32,000 nucleotides of DNA. Source: Desulfocapsa sulfexigens DSM 10523 (GTDB lineage: Bacteria > Desulfobacterota > Desulfobulbia > Desulfobulbales > Desulfocapsaceae). The DNA lies in contig NC_020304.1 in assembly GCF_000341395.1 (NCBI RefSeq), positions 900,001 to 932,000 of the forward strand. Reading direction: 5' to 3'. Shown piece by piece: positions 26,671 to 32,000 of the stretch; position 1 is the stretch's first letter, and every line of letters begins with the position of its first letter. Both the position numbers and the translations under genes were made by a program. Under the pieces are notes generated by a model, which was not told the DNA's origin, did not search any database, and worked only from the letters and a program-made list of their open reading frames with translations.

Positions 26671-28443
26671 ATGAAGCTTCAAACATCAATGCTGCAGTTA
26701 AGCTGCCTTCTTCTTCTTTCCTTCTCCGTTGCCTCCTGCATACCTGACAAGGGCGAACCTGAAGTAGACCTTCCGGAGGCACCTCCAGTCCCGGTCGAGA
26801 CGGTTGAAGAACAAACTCAACTCCCTGTACAGTATCAGGCACCTTCCTATATGGTTGACACCTCAAGCAGTGAAAGCATCGATGAAGTTGCTGATGATGT
26901 CATAATTAAAGTTGGGGCCTCTATTCGTTCCACCCAAGGTCCTCAACCGCTCTGGGATATTCTGAAGCGGCTTGCTGCCTTGAAAAAGATGAGCGTTTCG
27001 TGGGCAAGTGATGTTGACCAGAATGTGCTTGTTGATGTTGATATAAGCGCTGATGACGATTTCTACAGTGCTATTGACAACCTTCTGCGTCAGGTGGATT
27101 ATTACCATGAAATGAATGGTTCGACCATTGTGGTCCATTATAAAGAGACGAGACAATTCCACATTGCAATGCCCTTTACTAAACAGCTCTACGAAACTGC
27201 AACGGGTGGCAATGTCCTTGGCAGTAACGATGCTGCAAGTAATATTGAAGGAACTATTCGTTTGGATTCCAAGGGGAATGAATTCGATATCTGGAAAAAC
27301 ATTGAAGATAACATGAATGCTATCCTTGACACCTGGTCGACATCTGCAGTTACCTCGGTTCCGGAGAGCACTCCTGCAGAAAATGAGGACACAGCTGATA
27401 CTACCCCAAGCAAGGCAACCAAGCAGGTTTCTGCTTCTGGTAACAAATACACCATAGACAAACCTGTTGGTCTGATTACTGTCCATGCACCACGACCACT
27501 TCTGGATAAGCTTGAACTCTATTTTAAGAATCTTAAGAGAGAATTATATAAACAGGTTTCCATCGAAGCTAAGGTTATTGAAGTCCAATTAACTGACTCC
27601 TCGTCTATTGGCCTCAACTGGAACATGCTATTAAAAAATCTCACGGTTGGTGCTAGTTACAGTGGTGCCAAAACCCGTTCGGATTCAGACAGTAATACCA
27701 ATACCGCTTCAAGCGATTGGGGGAGGGATTATAATGACACTACCAACAGAGACACCGATATTGACGGGCTAACCACATCCACCCGTGCGGTAACTGATAC
27801 CATAACATCAGTTGGATCGTTGGCAGCTTCCACAACAGATACCATTACCCACCTCATTACTGAAGGAGGTGGAGCCGCCATATCACTTGCCGCATTTACC
27901 ATGGATACCTTCCTGAATGCCGTTAAAGAGCAGGGACAAACGACCATACTCTCAAACCCAAAACTCAGTGTCTTGAATGGGCAGCCTGCACTTATTACCG
28001 TGGGAAGAAATGTCACATACATAGACAGCATTGAATCTGATGTCAACAATGACACCGGAACGGTTTCCTACACCGTAGAGACCGAACGGGTTCTATCTGG
28101 AGTCGGCCTTGCACTGACCGCAAACATCCTCGAAGATAATGAAATCATTCTCAACTTGGTTCCAGTCACCTCCGAACTTGAAGAACCCATTGAATACAGA
28201 GATGTTGGTCTTGGCCAGGTTGGATTGCCGATCATTAATGTCAGGGAAATGAGTACAACAGTCCGGGTCAGAGATGGGGAAATGCTGGTTATTGGTGGGC
28301 TAATTTCAAATGTTGAAGACAATGGCGGAACATTTGTACCAGGAACCAGCAATATTCCATTTTTCAAATACTTCTTTGGCTACGAAGAAAAAATAAGCAG
28401 AAAAAGAGAGCTTATAATCTTACTTAGACCACGAATTATATAA
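26671..28443 (+). CDS. Lipoprotein secretin, MshL-like (GspD/PilQ superfamily)
   Basis: Signal/lipobox LLLLSFSVASC-IPDKG; IEAKVIEVQLTDSSSIGLNWN; TTILSNPKLSVLNGQPALITVG; GVGLALTANILEDNEIILNLVPVTSEL; VRDGEMLVIGGLI; KRELIILLRPRII. Start chosen at ATG 26671. Confidence 0.9.
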   Translation: MKLQTSMLQLSCLLLLSFSVASCIPDKGEPEVDLPEAPPVPVETVEEQTQLPVQYQAPSYMVDTSSSESIDEVADDVIIKVGASIRSTQGPQPLWDILKRLAALKKMSVSWASDVDQNVLVDVDISADDDFYSAIDNLLRQVDYYHEMNGSTIVVHYKETRQFHIAMPFTKQLYETATGGNVLGSNDAASNIEGTIRLDSKGNEFDIWKNIEDNMNAILDTWSTSAVTSVPESTPAENEDTADTTPSKATKQVSASGNKYTIDKPVGLITVHAPRPLLDKLELYFKNLKRELYKQVSIEAKVIEVQLTDSSSIGLNWNMLLKNLTVGASYSGAKTRSDSDSNTNTASSDWGRDYNDTTNRDTDIDGLTTSTRAVTDTITSVGSLAASTTDTITHLITEGGGAAISLAAFTMDTFLNAVKEQGQTTILSNPKLSVLNGQPALITVGRNVTYIDSIESDVNNDTGTVSYTVETERVLSGVGLALTANILEDNEIILNLVPVTSELEEPIEYRDVGLGQVGLPIINVREMSTTVRVRDGEMLVIGGLISNVEDNGGTFVPGTSNIPFFKYFFGYEEKISRKRELIILLRPRII

Positions 28444-28499
28444 AAAATTTCAATCAACTTTAATACCACGATTCAATAAGAATTTTCAGGGAGAAAATT

Positions 28500-29489
28500 A
28501 TGCAGAAGTTAAAATACATACTTTATCTGCTCTCAGCCGTACTCGTTATGGGTTGCGGCAATACGGTTGTGGAGACCCTCTATGTTGCGGATCCTCCAAA
28601 TCCCAATGCTCCTGGTAAAGGACAGACTATTGTCATCCTTCCTTTCGCCGACTATACCAGTGCTGACTCCATCGCAGGTGCATACAGAAGGAACCTGGCA
28701 GTCACTGAGGCAATAACGGACAGACTAGTTGCCAACGGCTTTAGCCTTGCTATCCAGGAAGACGTATTCGGATATCTTGTCGCTGAAGAAATCGTCAGCG
28801 TCATTCCATATGATGAAAACAGAACAGCCAGTTTATCCGAAGAACTGAACAATGAATGGTCGGAATTGATGAAAAGTCACTTAAGGACGTATATTCAAGA
28901 CCAGAAAATGCGTTCAGGTGAAACTGTTTCAGGAAGCCCAGGGACCCATGCCCTTGACCAGAAAGCCGTTGCGAAAATAGGCCGTCAATTTAATGCCGAT
29001 TACATTGTTCGTGGGCGACTCCTTGAGTTTAAAACCCGAGAAGAGAATACGTGGATACCATGGAAAAAAGGTCTGCTTCCATTTACTTTGGGGTTAAGTA
29101 GCCAGACACTGAATGGTTTTGCTCGTTCTGACACATATGATGACTGGGGGCATATGCTTCTTCCAGGAACCCTGGGTGCCATCACAGGGTATAATGCCGA
29201 CACACTCGGATTTGACAATAACGTTGGTGGTGGTGTGGTGTGGGGAGCTGTTGGTGCAGGTGCTGGACACATGGCAAAAAATGGCGGCCAGGTTGATCAG
29301 GCCGTAGTTCAGATGCGTATTTGGGTACAGGAGGCAGCCACTGGAAATCTTGTCTGGACAAACAGAGTTGATGTCAAGGTATCACCTGAATCCGTATATG
29401 CCGATCGTCAATATGATATGCTCTTTGACAAAGCAATACATAAAGGTGTCAACACCCTTATTGATAACTTTGTTCAGTATGGATTATAA
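28500..29489 (+). CDS. Putative lipoprotein with CsgG/LpoB-like N-terminal region and Gly-rich segment
   Basis: MQKLKYILYLLSAVLVMGC lipobox; IVILPFADYTSADSIAGAYRRNLAVTEAITDRLVANGFSLAIQEDV; YIVRGRLLEF; GGGVVWGAVGAGAGHMAKNGG; RIWVQEAATGNLVWTNRVDVKV. Begins 56 bp downstream of the secretin. Confidence 0.65.
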   Translation: MQKLKYILYLLSAVLVMGCGNTVVETLYVADPPNPNAPGKGQTIVILPFADYTSADSIAGAYRRNLAVTEAITDRLVANGFSLAIQEDVFGYLVAEEIVSVIPYDENRTASLSEELNNEWSELMKSHLRTYIQDQKMRSGETVSGSPGTHALDQKAVAKIGRQFNADYIVRGRLLEFKTREENTWIPWKKGLLPFTLGLSSQTLNGFARSDTYDDWGHMLLPGTLGAITGYNADTLGFDNNVGGGVVWGAVGAGAGHMAKNGGQVDQAVVQMRIWVQEAATGNLVWTNRVDVKVSPESVYADRQYDMLFDKAIHKGVNTLIDNFVQYGL

Positions 29490-29514
29490 GATTCATATCT
29501 GATATTCTCCCGCA

Positions 29515-29555
29515 AAAAAAGGCTCTTAATGCAAACTGCATTAAGAGCCTTTTTT
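29515..29555. terminator. Strong bidirectional rho-independent terminator between the pilus cluster and secB
   Basis: AAAAAAGGCTCTTAATGC-AAACT-GCATTAAGAGCCTTTTTT: perfect 18-bp stem, 5-nt loop, A/T tracts on both sides. Confidence 0.95.
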
Positions 29556-29632
29556 CTTTTCTAGCTAATGGAGCACTATCAAATAAAAATCACAATTGCA
29601 TTACAAGTACAAAAGGCTTCTATTATTCAGTT

Positions 29633-30115
29633 TTAGTTTTTGGCAGCAGCAGCTTCCTGCTTGGAATTTTGATATAAAGCCATAAAGTTAATCGGTTCCA
29701 TAAGGAAGGGTATAAAACCACCATCAACTGATATCTGGCTGACTATCTGCCTGGTAAAGGGGAAAAGAAGCGTTGGACAATCAACGCCCAGTACCATTTC
29801 CAGATGTTCTGCAGGAATATTCCTCATTAGAAATGCGGCTGCATGTTCAATTTCCATAATAAACATGGTCTTGTTGTTATTTCCACTATCAAGAATTTTA
29901 GCAGTAATCTGTAATGCAACCTCGTAGTGATTATCATCCAGTTTTTTATTGTTCAGTTTTAAATTAACTTCAACCTTTGGTTCCTGATTCTGTGCCTGAA
30001 AAACACCGGGAGCATTGGGATTTTCAAAAGAGAAATCTTTGATATACATCTTCTGCATGCGAAAAACAGGATTGGTATCTTCTGCAGCATTATTGTTTGC
30101 ATTTTCCTCTGTCAT
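29633..30115 (-). CDS. secB: Protein-export chaperone SecB
   Basis: FRMQKMYIKDFSFENPNAPGVF, EVALQITAKI, HLEMVLGVDCPTLLFPFTRQIVSQISVDGGFIPFLMEPINFMALYQ. Confidence 0.92.
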   Translation of the reverse strand: MTEENANNNAAEDTNPVFRMQKMYIKDFSFENPNAPGVFQAQNQEPKVEVNLKLNNKKLDDNHYEVALQITAKILDSGNNNKTMFIMEIEHAAAFLMRNIPAEHLEMVLGVDCPTLLFPFTRQIVSQISVDGGFIPFLMEPINFMALYQNSKQEAAAAKN

Positions 30116-30251
30116 GTTTACCTACCTCAATAGACGGTTACTAAATATTCAATCAATGGTTACCCAACAATAAGGGCACCTTACAAAAATCTTCCTTATT
30201 AAACAGTAAAATTGGTCGTTAGGCAAAGGAATTCCAAATTTTATCAAGAAG

Positions 30252-32000
30252 CTAACGTTTAAGCACATCACCGAGATAGTAACCTGTGAATGACCCTTTG
30301 GATTGTACTATTTTTTCAGGGGTTCCAGTCGCCACAATATTGCCACCATTATCACCTCCTTCAGGCCCAACATCTATCACCCAATCCGCTGTTTTTATAA
30401 CGTCAAGGTTATGCTCTATAACTACAACCGTATTTCCATTATCAACCAGTCGCCCCAGAACGCATAACAAGTGTTCAATATCAGCAGGATGCAGTCCAGT
30501 TGTCGGTTCATCCAGAATGTAGAGCGTTTTACCACTGGCTCTGCCGGAAAGCTCTTTCGCCAACTTTACCCGTTGAGCTTCCCCGCCTGAAAGTGTCACC
30601 GAGGACTGACCAAGGCTGATATAGGTGAGACCAACATCATAAAGAGTCTGTAATCTGTTCTTTACAGGAGGAATATTTTTGAAAAATTCCAGAGCCTCTT
30701 CAACGGTCATCGAGAGGACTTCATGGATATTTTTGCCACGATATTTAATTTCCAATGTTTCCTGGTTATAGCGTTTTCCCTGACACGCCTCACACACCAC
30801 ATATATATCGGGTAAAAAATGCATGGCAATCTTATTCACACCTTCACCCTCACAGGCCTCACAGCGTCCACCTTTAACATTGAAACTGAACTGGCCCAGC
30901 TTATATCCCCGGACTCTGGACTCCGGTAGACGTGCGAATAGTTCACGAACAGGTGTAAAAACACCGGTATATGTAGCTGGATTGGAGCGGGGTGTTCTGC
31001 CAATGGGACTTTGGTCAATATCAACTATCTTATCAATCTTATCCAGGCCGCTAAGAGTGGTCTTCCCTATCCTGGCACAATCGAGTCTTCGCCCCACTCC
31101 CTCTTTTGCAAGAGGAAAAAGTGTTTCAATCACAAGTGAACTCTTTCCAGATCCTGATACTCCAGTAATGCAGGTCATTACTCCGAGGGGAAAGGAGACA
31201 TCAATATTTTTGAGATTATTAACAACACCATGCTTCAAACGAAGAAATTGCCTTTTGGCGGCTTTACGCCTTTTTTCAGGAACCGCAATATTCCTGCTTC
31301 CACAAAGATAATTCCCGGTCAACGATGTATCACATTTCAACAGGCCTTGGACATCACCAGCATAGACGACCTCCCCACCGTGCACCCCTGCTCCAGGGCC
31401 CATATCAAGTATGAAATCAGCAGTCATAATCGTGTCGGTATCATGTTCCACCACTATGACACTGTTCCCCATATCCCTTAATTCAATTAGAGTATTAATC
31501 AATTTCTGATTATCACGCTGATGAAGGCCAATACTAGGTTCGTCTAAAATATAGAGTACCCCGGCCAGTCTTGATCCTATCTGAGAGGCCAGTCTGATAC
31601 GCTGGGCCTCACCCCCGGAAAGGGTGCCTGATTTCCTTTCAAGGGACAAATAGCCTAGCCCCACATCTTCAAGAAACGATAACCTGTCAACAATCTCTTT
31701 CAAAATGGGTTCTGCTATCTGACGTTCACGACTAGAAAAGGGAATAAGAGGGAGATATTCGATCATCTGTTCAATGGATAGACAGGTGAGATCATAGATT
31801 GACCATTTACCCGCTTTCACAGACAGCGCCTCCGGCTTTAAACGCTCACCATGGCACTGTGGACACGTTTGTTCATTCATGAAACGGCCAAGTTCCTCTC
31901 TGATCATAGGAGAATTGGTCTCATGAAATCTTCTGTTCAGTTGCGGTATAACCCCCTCATACGGCTTCACTGTGGTCATCTTTCGGTGTCCTTTCTGATA
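30252..32000 (-). CDS. uvrA: Excinuclease ABC subunit A, C-terminal portion (truncated by the window edge)
   Basis: [106 protein letters not shown]. Frame remains open to position 32000 (..YQKGHRK upstream of the track M). Confidence 0.96.
   Translation of the reverse strand, partial: YQKGHRKMTTVKPYEGVIPQLNRRFHETNSPMIREELGRFMNEQTCPQCHGERLKPEALSVKAGKWSIYDLTCLSIEQMIEYLPLIPFSSRERQIAEPILKEIVDRLSFLEDVGLGYLSLERKSGTLSGGEAQRIRLASQIGSRLAGVLYILDEPSIGLHQRDNQKLINTLIELRDMGNSVIVVEHDTDTIMTADFILDMGPGAGVHGGEVVYAGDVQGLLKCDTSLTGNYLCGSRNIAVPEKRRKAAKRQFLRLKHGVVNNLKNIDVSFPLGVMTCITGVSGSGKSSLVIETLFPLAKEGVGRRLDCARIGKTTLSGLDKIDKIVDIDQSPIGRTPRSNPATYTGVFTPVRELFARLPESRVRGYKLGQFSFNVKGGRCEACEGEGVNKIAMHFLPDIYVVCEACQGKRYNQETLEIKYRGKNIHEVLSMTVEEALEFFKNIPPVKNRLQTLYDVGLTYISLGQSSVTLSGGEAQRVKLAKELSGRASGKTLYILDEPTTGLHPADIEHLLCVLGRLVDNGNTVVVIEHNLDVIKTADWVIDVGPEGGDNGGNIVATGTPEKIVQSKGSFTGYYLGDVLKR

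Noticed and set aside
1-32000. CRISPR arrays, tandem phage repeats, toxin-antitoxin or defence islands
   Set aside because: No regularly spaced repeats seen by eye and no recognisable nuclease, toxin, integrase or transposase among the ORFs.

Overview
The window reads as a chromosomal segment from a sulfate-reducer-like (Desulfobulbaceae-type) deltaproteobacterium; this lineage guess is inference only. No CRISPR, integrase, IS element or prophage is supported. Contents from left to right: (1) ~0-5 kb, an envelope-associated cluster: truncated outer-membrane beta-barrel gene, Gly/Arg-tailed secreted protein, Gly-rich lipoprotein, CpxR/CpxA-like two-component system and an EF-hand protein. Two sites match the E. 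coli CpxR consensus (GTAAA-N5-GTAAA and GTAAA-N6-GTAAA), one upstream of cpxR and one upstream of the EF-hand gene. (2) ~5.2-6.4 kb, a CBS-pair protein plus HPP-family membrane protein. (3) ~6.7-12.3 kb, a TetR / HlyD-like adaptor / DevC-like permease / DevA-like ATPase / cytochrome c'-like / NodT-like outer membrane factor operon. (4) ~12.7-16.9 kb, a gap-rimI-pgk-tpiA-secG-tRNA-Leu(GAG) operon ending in a strong terminator, with an atypical GAPDH. (5) sfsA-queC on the plus strand and lepB-pyrB-pyrC on the minus strand. (6) ~21.8-29.5 kb, a pilMNOP cluster in which secretin functions look redistributed: an AMIN-AMIN-N-domain-TPR protein without a secretin pore domain, followed by a separate MshL-like lipoprotein secretin and a further lipoprotein. 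(7) secB and the C-terminal part of uvrA. The strongest leads are the Cpx-type box pair, the split secretin and the cytochrome c'-containing efflux operon.
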